Source of the DNA: Octopus vulgaris
Lineage: Eukaryota
Assembly: GCA_951406725.2 (NCBI GenBank)
Contig: OX597818.1
Location: 73,842,001 to 73,906,000, forward strand
Direction: 5' to 3'
Length of the DNA stretch: 64,000 bases
A program made the translations under genes and the position numbers. This document shows, piece after piece, positions 25,675-38,906 of this stretch (within the stretch, counting starts at the first letter, position 1; each line of letters opens with the position of its first letter). The notes under the pieces are model-generated. The model was not told the DNA's origin. It searched no databases and saw only the letters and a list, made by a program, of their open reading frames with translations.

Positions 25675-25722
25675 CATTTCAGTACCGGTTTCGGTCATTT
25701 TGAGACCTTTTCAACTGTAACG
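25675..25722 (-). ncRNA. Minimal type I hammerhead ribozyme, U3-A8 core variant
   Basis: Minus strand reads cgttacag TTGAAAA GGTC tcaaaat GACC GAAA CCGG TA ctgaaatg. Stems I and II pair, stem III is the palindrome ACCGGT, and the cleavage triplet is GUA. Confidence 0.75.
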
Positions 25723-25849
25723 ATTAAATAATTAAATTTAGAAAAATTAGAAGAAAAGTTTTCATATATATCAACTCGTGTGTTCCTTTTCACCCATATA
25801 TATATATATATATATTATGTATATATATATATAGTTTCAGCTCGGAGCT

Positions 25850-26755
25850 GCGGCCATGCTGATCCACCGCCGTTTTGCTACACAATTATTACTAAGAGCC
25901 TCCTCTAACATGTGGCACTTGGTGAAGAATGGATTTTGATATAGCTACCCTTATTTGCACCTCCTGCCGTGTGGTACGTTTATCTGGGACTTGATTTAAA
26001 AACCCCTACGTCTACTTTGTGCAGGTTCCGCAGACTCTTTGGGAGAATATTAAAAAGTTGTGGGCCCTTGAAACCCAGGCTGTTAGAGTAGCTGGTCCTG
26101 AAGCATGATGGCATTGCTGGGATCTTTGATGCTATGCAGTGTCGTCCCGTTCTGGCATTGGTGTAGCTTTCAATGTCAACATTTGGCACAAATCCTTCCA
26201 GGATCTTCCAGATATATATTACTGCATACCTCTCCTGTCATCTCTCCAGGGAGTAGAGTCTTTGCTGTTTCAACCTTTCCCAGTAGCTGATCTGTTGCAA
26301 AGAGACGATCTTCTTTGTGAATCTTCTCTGGATTGCTTCAAGGTCCGCTGTTAATTTCACACTTGTGGGTGACCATATCTGTGAGCAGTAATCTAGGCGG
26401 GTGAGGACAAATGTCGCCAGAGGACCATCATGGCTTCCTTATCTCTGGTTCTGAATGTTCTTAGGATCCAGCCAGCCAGTCGTCTGCACTTTGTCGCCAT
26501 CCTGGTAATGTGCATTTGGAAAGAGGTATCACCACTCATGTCGATGCCCAGGTCCCTCACTGACTTAGACTCTGGGATTGAAATTCCCTGTGGACCGGTG
26601 TACCCTTTAAGTTTCATATTCAGTTTTAGATGCTGGTAGCGTAGGGCTTGGAGTTTTTCAGCGTTAAACTGCATATTATTATCCGCAGCCTATCTGTAAA
26701 CTGAGTCCGACTTCTGCTGCAGGTGTGTAACATCGCTGGTGTTCCGTATTTTTGA
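25850..26755 (-). mobile_element. CR1/L2-group LINE 3' fragment (RT C-terminus)
   Basis: MQFNAEKLQALRY...SVRDLGIDMS...RLAGWILRTFRTRDKEAMMVLW; LDYCSQIWSP; SNSLGFKGPQLFNILPKSLRN. Confidence 0.88.
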
Positions 26756-26843
26756 TAAAATACGCATGTGCTCTATGCTAGTTCTATGATCAAATAATAC
26801 AGTACTATATATATATATATATATTACACACACACACACACAC

Positions 26844-26882
<39 letters not shown>

Positions 26883-27135
26883 GGGAAACAGAAAGAGAGA
26901 GAGAGAGAGAGAAACAGTGGGAGAAGAATCAACTCCCCTGTAAGCCTGTATGATTAATATTTCATCGACCTCGAATGTAGAAAAGTAAAATATGACCTCT
27001 AAGGGACTTGACCTCAGGATTCGAAAAGACGTTCTAATGAATTTGCCAATCGATAACTTCGTGTATGTTTGTATATATGTATGTACGTATGTATGTATGT
27101 ACGTATGCATATAAACAGCTGTATGTACGTACGTG

Positions 27136-27194
<59 letters not shown>

Positions 27195-27196
<2 letters not shown>

Positions 27197-27496
27197 AGGC
27201 GCAATGGCCCATTGGTTAGGGCAGCGGACTCGCGGTTGTAGGATCGCGGTTTCGATTCCCAGACCGGGCGTTGTAAGTGTTTATTGAGCGAAAACACCTA
27301 AAAAGCTCCACGAGGCTCCGGCAGGGGTGATGATCCCTGCTGTACTATTTCACCACTCTTTCTCTCACTCTTTCTTCTGTTGGCCTGCTCGCTTAACCAG
27401 CGGGGTGGCGTCATTCGAAGGCTAAAACAGTGCGAACGCATTGTGACTAGCGATGTATAACAATATCTGATGTCTGGTCGGTCACGTGATCGTGAT

Positions 27497-27501
<5 letters not shown>
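27195..27501 (+). mobile_element. tRNA-derived SINE (Arg-like TCG at the anticodon position) with a (CA)CGTGAT tail
   Basis: ggcgcaatggcccattggttagggcagcggactcgcgg...ggtttcgattccc contains A and B boxes. A second copy lies at 62991-63268. Confidence 0.85.
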
Positions 27502-27537
<36 letters not shown>

Positions 27538-29345
27538 CAGCATATCCTAAATCAGAATGCGAAGCACACACTAAGTTATAGAGCAGGAGAGTTATTTCAT
27601 CGACCTCGAATGTTAGTTATGATTTGTTCATAAGTATGCCCAGTGTGTTTCTCGTCCATAAAGCGCTTAGCTTTATACACGTCTCGTCAGATCCTAATGC
27701 CCAGTGGCCTATAACCTCTCTTCAAATTAGAGTTAGAAAATGACTCGTGGCTAGTTTCTTACAAAGAAGACTTACAGACAAAGAAGAAAGGTCAAGTGCA
27801 ATAAATATGTGGATCATTATACTGAGTGAAGATTCTATCAGCTGAGTATGCCGTCATCAGAGAAGAAGGAGCAAGAGCGATATAAAAATGAGGGAATATG
27901 CTCAGTCGAGTATATTAGTATGTTCAAGATTGTCAAAAATGGAGGAAAGATAAAACAGGCATGTGCTCTGTGCTAGTTCTATGGTCAAATAATACAGTAA
28001 TATGTTTTGCTCAATAGCAGTTTCACATGAGTATCTTCGATGTTAATCCATGATAAGGAATAGCTGAAGTTATCAGTTCCAGTTTTGAATAGAGAATGAA
28101 GGAGTGTTGAATAGGAATATTATACTACAGTAAAGAGGAATGACAGACAGGTAGATGAAGTAATATACATATATCCTAGATGATAGTGTGGTTGTATGCT
28201 TGTAGAGAGAAGTTAGAAAGTCCTAACTTTCTTCTACACACAAACAAATCTTATATATGTGTATGAGAGAGAGTGTGTGTGCATACAAAAATTATACTTC
28301 ATAGTGTATATGTACATTATGGAGGATTCATATCATAGAATAAAGGGTTGAGATCATGAGAATACGATCGGCATTTTGCGTCGTTGTGCAAGGTAAATCG
28401 ATTCACGTTGATCAACTCTACTCTGCTGAAATGAATACCAGCGATGTGCTAGTTCAACTCTCTCCCCCTACAGTTATGGCATAGAGGATATACTGGTGGG
28501 TCAAATGTGAAAGGGTTGATGGTGTGCCTGTGTCAGTTCGCTATTACATACGCACCAAAAACAATTAAAGATATTGGGACATGAAGTCATCCTCTGTGCG
28601 GGTAGTGGCCGCAATTTTATATATTATAAACACACACACAAGCATTTTGTGTGCGTTAATTAAAGGCTCATCTCTCTTTCCTTTCCAGTAACTAATACCT
28701 GAGGGAATTGAGTCACTTCGAGTTGAAGTCAAATATTTCCGCCACGATTTCAAATGGAATGTCAAGAAAATCGAATGAGAGAATTAAATAACTATTAAGG
28801 ACTATTTAGTTTTAAAAAACCACACATTCAAGACTATATATTAGTCCTAATCAATTTATAATTCCTTTCTTGCTCCTTTCCTCATTTATTTGACTGTTTC
28901 CTTCTTCATTTCTGTGCTTGTTATTGATTACATCAAGTTCGTGTTTTGAAAGAAGTAGCCGAGTGTATAGAAAGCGTCAATAATCGTTACAATAATTTGT
29001 GCGCAAAACGTTCATTCTTTTCTCTTCAATAAGATGCAGACCTACAGCGTTATTGTGAGATGGTTGGTCAGCAACATGACTGGACCTGTCTTATACGGTC
29101 ATTGCACACTAGTTTAGTTTTAGTTACTTCTCTTTGGCTCTATTGAGAGCTCGTATTTCAAAGTTACATTTACGGATGTGTTCATCCGTCAATAGGAATT
29201 ACACATGGTCGAGTTGATAGTGTCACGAATCAGCAGCAGAGTCATGTGACATTCATATCCATCCAGTGTCACTATTTTGTGTTCATAGTTAATAATCTAT
29301 ATTCCCATAGAACCGGTCCTACTGTCCAAAGGAGGGCTGTATAAC

Positions 29346-30705
29346 TTTATTCTCAGAATCTATCTTGCAATAGAGTTCAGGAGAGGAACATTAGCTTCCG
29401 GAGCCGAATTTACATACAATCTCATATTTTCTTTGTCTTTTGTCTGTGTTGGTGACCATAGGAAGATAAAGAGAAAGGTCAGTATCAATGAATTATAAAA
29501 ACCCTTGCTAACTGGTTCATTTGAAACATTGATATCCAGCCCGTACAACTCTACAACAAAATCGTATGTGTGCTGCTGCTGGTGCTTACAAGAAAATGCA
29601 CCTAATTAAAGGTACACGAGAATCAGGGGATATTTCTTCAGCTAGAGTACTTGCCGAACCTCTTCTCCTGGTTGTAGGGCAAACACAATATTATATATAT
29701 ATATATCTCAACACTCGAAAGAAAAAGAATATGTGAAAAAGAATAGACTGAGAGATCTAATGTTAATGTTCTTAATGCCAAATACTTGAGAACGAATAAC
29801 AATTGATTTCAGATTTCTGGTGAGACTGCTTTAAGAACACATTTAAATACAAAATATATTAACTGAGAATAAGACACATTCTTATATTCTTTTTCAAACA
29901 CTTAAGGCTTATCAGACAATTAAGCTAAGTCATAAATGTATCCTTTCCCTTACATTTTTTATCCATACAGTCTATTTACAGGCACTACGTCTGCCACTGA
30001 AAATTCTTGAGGCCAGTCCGTTTCATGAGAAACCAAATTTTTCTTTCGTGTTTCAGTTCAACAATTTTATCTGTAATTTCATTATTGGGTTTCCTTGAGT
30101 GTATTCTAAAATGTATGGCACTCCTGAAATTTAGCTACTTTAGTTATAAATATATCAGATGAGAGTGTAATACTGCTAACATAATAGTACTCAAACATAA
30201 TAGTGTCTCAAATATATCATTTGCTTGTATAAAATAATAAATTTAATAGTTCTTACCTTATTATTATATAGCTGACATGAAATTATTTTCCAATGGTAAT
30301 TCCCAATGGCATCTGAAATTAATAACAAAACAAACTAAATATAAATCGTCTAATCATTTAGTAAAAGGTGGTACGAATATAACTATCGTTAACAGAAATA
30401 CTGGGATATTTTATTGTTTTCATTAACATGAGGTATCGTATAGAGTGACTTCACTTCGTCAACAGTATGACAATTTTATATAATTCTAGATACTTGAGAT
30501 TATTTCCCTTACTCACTTGGTGACTTTTCCAGGTGCCATCACAATAATGCTTACTTTCTCTAAAGCTGGAGAAATTTTTAATAACTCAAAAGTTATGTGG
30601 TGAGGAATTTAATACCCAGCTATTTGCCTTTTTTATTGGCTATCCGGAGTTATATACTTTACACTCATTTTCAGTCACTTTAAGAAAATAGGGAATATTA
30701 TATAC

Positions 30706-30773
<68 letters not shown>

Positions 30774-31617
30774 GTTGCTGAAGTTAACTGGAAAGAGTTT
30801 AATGCAGTACAACACATTGCAATAAAAAGGCTATCTTTCGAAATAAATTGAGATATGAAATTCCCGAGGAAAAATTGTTGACGAAAATTGTGCTGCAGAC
30901 AAGTCTGGCAGAACTATTTGTATCCCATTCGGAATGTGATTTAGTGCTACGCTAAAACCTTTGCTCATTTAGGCACACACAAAATCTATTGAAATAGCAT
31001 TCATAAGAAAAAATGGAAATGTAAATTTCAACAATTAACATATATATATAAATATATACATGGTACATTGAAGTAATTTTTAGGCAGCACAAAATCCTAA
31101 AGCTATCATTAAAGGCCTGTTGTTCAAACTAGAAGAAAGGCAATCCTCAACACTAACCTTCCTCTAATATTCTAATAGAGTCATTTAAATCTATTGATTG
31201 CAGTCATGAATGGAATTCAGTTTAGTCACAAACCATTCACTTAAATACATCATCAATACCTTTCTATTATAAGTTTTACAACTTTAAATGAGTTTTTAAA
31301 ATCTCAGCACCATCTAACCCACTTTCTCTCTCCCTCTCCCTCTTCCTCCCTCTCTCTTCCTCCGCTCTCTCCCCCTCTCTCTTCCTCCGCTCTCTCCCCC
31401 TCTCTCTTTCTCTCTTTCTCGCAAGCACACCCACACACACAAAGTCATACACGCACGCACACACTCTTCATGGTCAGCATACCTTTATGTAAACTGCCAA
31501 CAGTTTTACACCACAGTTATTAACAACCCAGTTGAAGGCAATCTCGAATCCAGATTTCATAAAAGCGAAAAGCTTTATTTTAAAAGAAAATAACGTTTTG
31601 TACGCAAGGTGATTATT
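29346..31617 (-). other. Candidate spliced transcript (exons ~31617-31483, 30565-30517, 30312-30257, 29443 and below); no long ORF
   Basis: Minus-strand donors AAG|GTATGC, CAA|GTGAGT and AAG|GTAAGA; acceptors atttctccag|, tttgttttgttattaatttcag| and ctgacctttctctttatcttcc...acag|; AATAAA at 29351-29346; TE-poor surroundings. Confidence 0.4.
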
Positions 31618-32139
31618 CTGAAGGTATTTTCGATCCATCAGGGAAAAAGTTGTACAATTTATTACGTTTTTCTATTTTTGCTTTTAGCGGGGAGTGTTTT
31701 ATTTTTTCTTCTACCAATTCCCTCCTTCAGTTGATTCTTTCCACATTTCAATTATCCTCCCTGTTTACATTTCCATACCAGCAGTCACTTAAAATATTTG
31801 CATTTTTTTTCTTTTTACAAATTCAATTCTATTGAAATTTGCATTTCTTTAGTTACTCATTAACTTAATTCTTTTCTTGATGTTATTTCCATCAAATATG
31901 GCATGGAAATGATGTTCCACAGACGTTATTCTGTGACAAAATGTGAAGCTACGTTTAGTAAAGGAGAGAGAGATAAGCAGGGTTAACAAATATTTCAATC
32001 TAATACAGCAAGAAACATGCAGCTTTCAGAAGCTGTGAGATTGAAAACGTGAGATGAGCCCTGAATATAATGCAACGTAATATGGTGCAAGTGACAATTT
32101 CAGATGCTGGACGTCATGTTCACTTTGAAGGAAATTCAG

Positions 32140-32316
32140 CTCCACAAGATGTCTTCATTGGCGTATAACCTAGATATTCAAGCCAAGATGATCTTAACGA
32201 GTCCCCTAATTGTTGATGGTGAATGATTAGGTCGAACGTTTACGTATGTTAGACTTGCATTAGGTTTATGAAACGGTTCGTGTAGATCAGTATCTAAATC
32301 GAATGTAACATCTAAA
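32140..32316 (-). mobile_element. Penelope-like RT thumb fragment
   Basis: LDVTFDLDTDLHEPFHKPNASLTYVNVRPNHSPSTIRGLVK, resembling the PLE FLDV..L...KPN...Y....SNHP motif, adjacent to (GATA)n. Confidence 0.75.
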
Positions 32317-32331
32317 TAGAGATAGACAGAG

Positions 32332-32413
<82 letters not shown>

Positions 32414-33102
32414 GTATATAGATAGAGAGACAGACAGACATATATACATATGTAAATACACATATTTATGAATGAATGAATGAATGTATGTATGTATGTA
32501 TGTATGTATGTATGTATGTATGTATGTATGTATGTATGTATGTATGTTTCATGGATTTTAATAATATTTTCGTCTTGTAAGTATTGCTCCTGGCAATCCC
32601 TTTACAGAAGTGTTTTTCGATGAATATATTTCCAAACATCCTACGCTCTATATCCTAACATATTTTACAGATTAAAGAATATACAACATATGCCATACCA
32701 CATTTTAATCTCTCTACCTTATTTGATATACACGAATGAGTTATACGTTTGCATAATTCAGTATTAAAAAATACTACGTAGATAGATCCCGCATCGAAAG
32801 TTCAGTGCATTTGACACAAGGCTTGCTAACGTGGTACAAAATCATTTCATTTCGTACGTAAAAGTTTTCCGCGAGAAAGCCAACAGAGTTTTCATAAACA
32901 GAATATGGCTTCATTAAGAACAATTCATGGCTCTATATAGCTATATTCTAGACTGGTCAACACCCTGCAGTCGACTGGAAATTTTACTAATACGAAAATT
33001 GGCCACAAATTATGAAGAGAATTATTTACTAAAAAAAAGATAAAAGGTATATTTTCGTGTTTTAGATATAAAGATATAATGATCATGTATTCTTATATAT
33101 GA

Positions 33103-33161
<59 letters not shown>

Positions 33162-33172
33162 AGCACACAGAC

Positions 33173-33230
<58 letters not shown>

Positions 33231-33854
33231 CGCGCACACAGACATATGGAAGTATTTATTCGAAATTAAGAATGTGAAAAGTAAATATAAGAAAGTTATT
33301 TTTATAGCGGTATAATGTTTTTCAGCGAAATATTTCTAAAAATAATGTCTGTTTGTCGTCATAAGGACTAATATTTACGTGTCGAGTGCATAAATAGGAA
33401 AAGTATATCAGGCCTAGACAACAATTGATATATTATCGTTAGTTGTATAATTGTCTTTGAAATGAATGCAGTATCAAACAAAGAAAAGTATCTCTGCAGC
33501 AATCTACCTGATTTAATTTATTCATATTCGTTTTGTCTGCCCCACAGGAGATGTCTAAATAAATCTATTTTGAAATAAACTATACATCAAGAAGACTACA
33601 TAGAATATACTCGGACGTAAAACTGAAAGAAACATAAATTTAGTTACATTATCATATTTGAACATATATTCATTCACGTATCCATCACCAGTCTTAATTC
33701 TCACATGAATCCCATCAACACTGAATATACTTATGAAAGAATTAAATTAACAGCACAAGTTCACCTTGTGTACATCTTTTATTTTACTAAAGCGGAAAGA
33801 TATTAACCACTCTTTTAAGTGGTAATTGAGCGCAACCTCATCTATTTTCTCTGT

Positions 33855-33946
33855 GGCACATTGGGCAAGTGTCTTCTACTATAGCCTGGGGCTGACCAAA
33901 GCTTTGTGATTAGATTTGGTAGACGGAAACTGAAGAAGGCATGTCG

Positions 33947-34013
<67 letters not shown>

Positions 34014-34220
34014 GTGTGTGTGTGTGTTTGTCTATTTCTTATTTGTGTATGTTTGTCTTCCCACTATCGCTTGACAACCGATGCTAGTGTGTTTACGCCC
34101 CCGTTATCTAGCTGTTCGGCAAAAAGAGATGGAAAGTATTAGTACTACGCTTACAAAGAATACGTCCTGGGATCGATTTGTTCGAGTAAAGCAGTGCTCC
34201 AGCATGGCTGCATTTAAATG
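33855..34220 (+). mobile_element. Bipartite SINE copy with an uninterrupted internal (AT)/(GT) tract
   Basis: gggcaagtgtcttctactatagcc...ggtagacggaaactgaag...(AT)n...cgcttgacaaccgatgc...gtgctccagcatggc. Confidence 0.8.
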
Positions 34221-34329
34221 CCATCTCCTCTATAACTGTAAGGTGTTCGATTTTATCTATGATCCCTATGTCAACAAATGATGGGCTATTCAAAAGTGCT
34301 GAAAATTGTCTACCTAGCGCTTATGAATA

Positions 34330-36030
34330 GAAGCCGTGTCAGTCAAAAACAAATGTCCATTTGCTGTACACACTGGAGCTATTGAAGAAGATTTGGGGCC
34401 ATATATTTCCTTATCATAAGAGTACAAACACTTGGCAGCGTTTCTATCAGCTGCATGTTGCGCCCTTTTCACTCTGTCATTCCATTATTCCTGTTTAATT
34501 TTCCTTTGAGCAGTCTGCACTTTCCCTTTCAGCTTTCTGTAAGTTTTGTTTGAGTTGGGGCTTAAGGACAGAGATAGAAGTGTATATCCTAAGTTTTGTT
34601 TTTCTAAAAGTAGATCATGGATCTCTGTTGATTTGTCTGAGAACCAGTCACTGGACTTCCGTGATTTAAATACCACTGAAGAACTTGCAGCCTGAAATTC
34701 TTTTGTTCTGAAATCTTCCCACAGATTGTTTGGATCAAGATTGATACTTTCTATAGCATTGTGGAATCTTTGCAAGTTGCTTGGTAATTTGAAGTTGGCA
34801 ACATCTAACTTTTATCGACGTTTAGGCATTATCGAAAAATTCATTGTTCCACGCACTAGACGATGGTCCTCTCATGGCCCAAACTCTAGAAACAAATTTC
34901 TTATCCTGCTTTCTGATCAAAATATAATCTACGAGATACCAGTCCATTGATATTGGGTACATCTAGGTGCTTATATATATGCTTTTCTGCTTAAAGAGAG
35001 TGTTGGTAACAACCAGATTATTCTCAGTACACAACGTAAAGAAAGCTACTCCAGTTTTATTACATTTTCCAATGCCATATCGGCCAGCAACAGGCTATGA
35101 AATGTAGCCATCTACAAGTCTTGCGTTGAAATCTTCCATTATGACCAGCTGGTCAGAAATTTGTACTTTCCTCAATTATTGTATTAGATCATCATAAAAA
35201 CGTCCTACAATTTGATCAGTATGAGACATTGATGGTGTATAAATACTGATAATGATAAGAAACCTACCTTTTGTCAGTTTCATACGGCATGACGTGGTTA
35301 GTTCAATTATATACCACTTGGAAATTATGCAACGGAGGATAGTAATGAATTCTTGAGAGCAAACCCAACACTAGATTCTCTACGCTGACCCTCATGTAGG
35401 CTTCTCCAGAAGATACTATATCTAGAAGTAGGTTCATTTATTTGACCCTCACCAGTGAGACGAGTTTCAGAGGCGCATTATTTTTTAAGCTCACATGCAA
35501 TACGTGCAGTACACCTTTCTGGCCGCTTGTTGAAATTATCATCTAGAAGTATGCACATTCCAACAGCCAAAATTCAGAGTATGTATGTTTTTTCTTCATC
35601 TTGGACACCTGCCGAGCGAGAACTCTTCCCCTGGCGTTCCCAAGACATTTTTGCCATTTACTGAATCTGTTTCGAACATTTCAGAGTAAGTAGCAAGTGC
35701 ACTTTAGGTTTGCCCCAACCAATTCAATGATTTTACTACGATTTAGTGTACAAAAACCTGTGCAGATGAAATATTTTCAGTGCACTACTCCCATCTATTG
35801 GCCAAAGAATGCTTTCACCGGTGTGATAGGAGAATTGACTTACTCGGGAATTTCCAAAGCCTCAGGTTTTATTTTGGTGATGTCCTTCTCCTAGGTAGAT
35901 TAACAACTAAGGTTAAAGAGATTTTACCTACCCACGAGGTTGGGTACCTTGTGCCAGACGCCTCACCGACACGCAAACGCTCCATATACTCATTAAATAT
36001 CATTTCGGTGCCAGATGCGGACGAATTCAT
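34330..36030 (-). mobile_element. RTE-clade LINE 5' portion (5' UTR and APE endonuclease), degenerate
   Basis: NFGCWNVH; SETRLTGEGQINE...YSIFWR...RRESSVGFALK; IMEDFNAR; NLVVTNTLF; WYLVDYIL; KSSDWFSDK. An RTE-type 5' UTR motif cctaggagaagg...aaaacctg lies at about 35860-35900. Confidence 0.85.
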
Positions 36031-36145
36031 ACATATGTACATACATAAAAAAGTAAAGGATACGTAATTTAGAAATCTAAATAAAATAAGATTTAAATTT
36101 AAATAATGTATATATATATGTATATATGTATGTATGTATGTATGC

Positions 36146-36184
<39 letters not shown>

Positions 36185-36392
36185 TTATATATTATATATA
36201 TATATATATATATAGCATATGTATATATATATGTATATATATCATACGTCATATATGCCACATACGGACCGAGTATATATATATATATATATATATAATA
36301 CCAACGAATATATATGGCGTATATATATATATATATATGCCCTGTCCTACATTCAGATGGCTATATATATATGTCTATGTATATATAGATAC

Positions 36393-36460
<68 letters not shown>

Positions 36461-36462
<2 letters not shown>

Positions 36463-37302
36463 AGAATGATTTGCACCATAATATCAGATACAAACACCCA
36501 ACACACATGTCTCCAGGAACTCAGAACTACACTCATAAATAGGAATTATCCACAACACCTAATAGACAATACTATCCAACGAGCACCGAAATTAAATATA
36601 CAAAACCTGAGACAACCAAAACCAAACAACGAAGAAAAATTTAAAACCCTACATCTCTACACACAACCCACTTAACAATGAGGCTTTAGCACCATACTCG
36701 AAAGCACAGCCCTACTCAAGGGGGACCTAAACATGAACCGAATCTTCCAAATGTGCACCATCATAAAAAGTAAACGGCAAGCAAAATCATTAAAAAAGAT
36801 TTTAACCCAGGCTACACTGCACCCAATAACAACCACAAAATCAACAGTTAGAATATGTGGAAAGTTCAACTGCGGGATCTGTGTCCTCTTAGTAGAATGT
36901 TCGGAATACATAATAGAACAAGGCCATCATTTTACCATCAGAACAAACTTCACCTGTAATTTACGTGATAACATGCGCAGGGTGCAATAGGCAATGTATT
37001 GGCCATACAAAGTACAGACTACGAAAAAGGATGGCAGTGCATAAATCCCAAATTAGGAATCCTGAATATAGGAAAATACCTCTCAGAGGCCACATAGACA
37101 GATGTGCATCAAATAAAAATCCCAAATTCACAACTTTCCCACTTTACCAATTCAGTAACAACGTAACTGTCACTCAACGTCATAACAAATAACTCCATTT
37201 CATTAGAAAATTCGGACCAAGTCTAAACGCCCTGGACCTGGAACGTTAAAACCATAAAGCAAAATGGAATTCTACAACTCCAGTTCCCACTACCACCACG
37301 AG

Positions 37303-37353
<51 letters not shown>

Positions 37354-37401
37354 TGCTATTACTATAGCTAATGAACTACTGCTTACTCCAACCACCACAG
37401 T

Positions 37402-37449
<48 letters not shown>

Positions 37450-37900
37450 AACTACTACGACTACTACTACTACGACGACCAACAGTCTTCCGATGCTGCT
37501 GTTAACGGTCACTTCCACTGCTGCTGCTACTACAGGCAATGAACTACTGCTACAACTCTAACCATCACCACCACGATCACTACTGCTACTACGATAAACG
37601 GTCACTGCTACTACTGCTATTTCGGCCACCGTTCATTTTCACAATTACAGCCAACGAATCTAGTCAACGCACAGGACAGCCATTATGTTCCCCCAACAAA
37701 ACACCACCATGTGGACTCTGTTGAGAGTAGTTAGAAACAATTATGAACATTTTTATTACATTTAACTTTTAAAAATATTTTTGATAGGGTTCGTTTTTTC
37801 GAGAAGAACCGAAGCGTAAAATCTCTAAGAAAACTAAAATTTATTTTATATAGTGGAGTTTTCAAACTTCTTTTTTATAAATATATACCCACTCGTATGC
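36461..37900 (+). mobile_element. Penelope-like element 3' part (thumb plus GIY-YIG) and pseudo-LTR
   Basis: RMICTIISD...[14 protein letters not shown]; IIKSKRQAKSLKKILT...CGKFNCGIC...TNFTC; ITCAGCNRQCIGHT..RLRKRMAVH. A degenerate hammerhead lies at 37777-37822. Confidence 0.88.
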
Positions 37901-37925
37901 CACCTACACATTTTATATATATATA

Positions 37926-38828
37926 TACTGGCAGCTAAGCCCGGCTTTACCCGGTGTGTTTGGATGATGTGGCTGTGATCTTTTTCGGTTAGGCATAGTC
38001 TATTACAACCTTATCTTTTTGGGTCCCATGTTTCGATTGGACCCTCCAGCTGTATGAAAATTTCCTGAATCCCCCCACTTGTCAGAAAACAGCTTCAGGA
38101 GATGTGAAGAACGATTTTGTATGTAGTCTGTTTCTGAGAGCTATTCTATTGGACCTCTATCTAATCCTTAAAACATTGATTTAATTATGAACATAGAAAG
38201 AAATCATACATTAACCCCTATTTTTGTAAGCAGTTGTATCCGTAAAAATTTTATTTGCAGAAAGCAGAAATAGAAAGAAGATACATGAAATGGACTTGTG
38301 TGTGTATATATGTGTGTATGTGTGTGTGTATCAGTGTGTGCATGCGTGCTCATCATATAAAATTTTTACAATAGTTGATTTATGGAAAAGATCATATTAA
38401 ATTTTTGAAACGCAAATATGTGAATGAAAATTAAATTCAGAACTCTACATGGTAGCTAGACCAGGTAGCAATTGCAGCCAAATCTCCCTAAAAATATCCT
38501 ACTGTCTTAATCCGACAATTCTGCCTATTATGTAGCTTTAATGAGAAACTTTAACTTAAGATTATTAAGATTAAAAAGATTATTAATCCCACAAAGAGAT
38601 GAAAGAAGAGAGACAGCATAGCGAAAGCTTTGGCTGACTGTCATCCTGTACTCCCCTTGTTGCTAGTGAAATTGTAAATGCCGGCTGAGTGAGCAACTCG
38701 ATGTTTTAATGACAGAAGAGACAGGGGAATTCTATTAGAAAAGTTTTTATCGATTTTCTCGGTAACTATGGGGGCTAGGAAAATAATACAAACCGCATTC
38801 CAGTCTATGCACCCATCTTCATATATAT
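37926..38828 (-). mobile_element. Probable non-autonomous Helitron
   Basis: The minus-strand end ...ccgggtaaagccgggcttagctgccag resembles a Helitron 3' hairpin plus a degenerate CTAG. The other end lies in a TA-rich tract. No ORF. Confidence 0.4.
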
Positions 38829-38906
38829 GTCATTTTTCACGCGAATCCACCCAGCCGTTTGGCTGTGAACCTCATGACAAGAAAGAATACAACAAAAGAA
38901 TGCAAA

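Noticed and set aside
27195-27275. Possible tRNA-Arg gene
   Set aside because: It continues into a SINE body and tail, and a second copy exists at 63 kb, so it is a SINE head.
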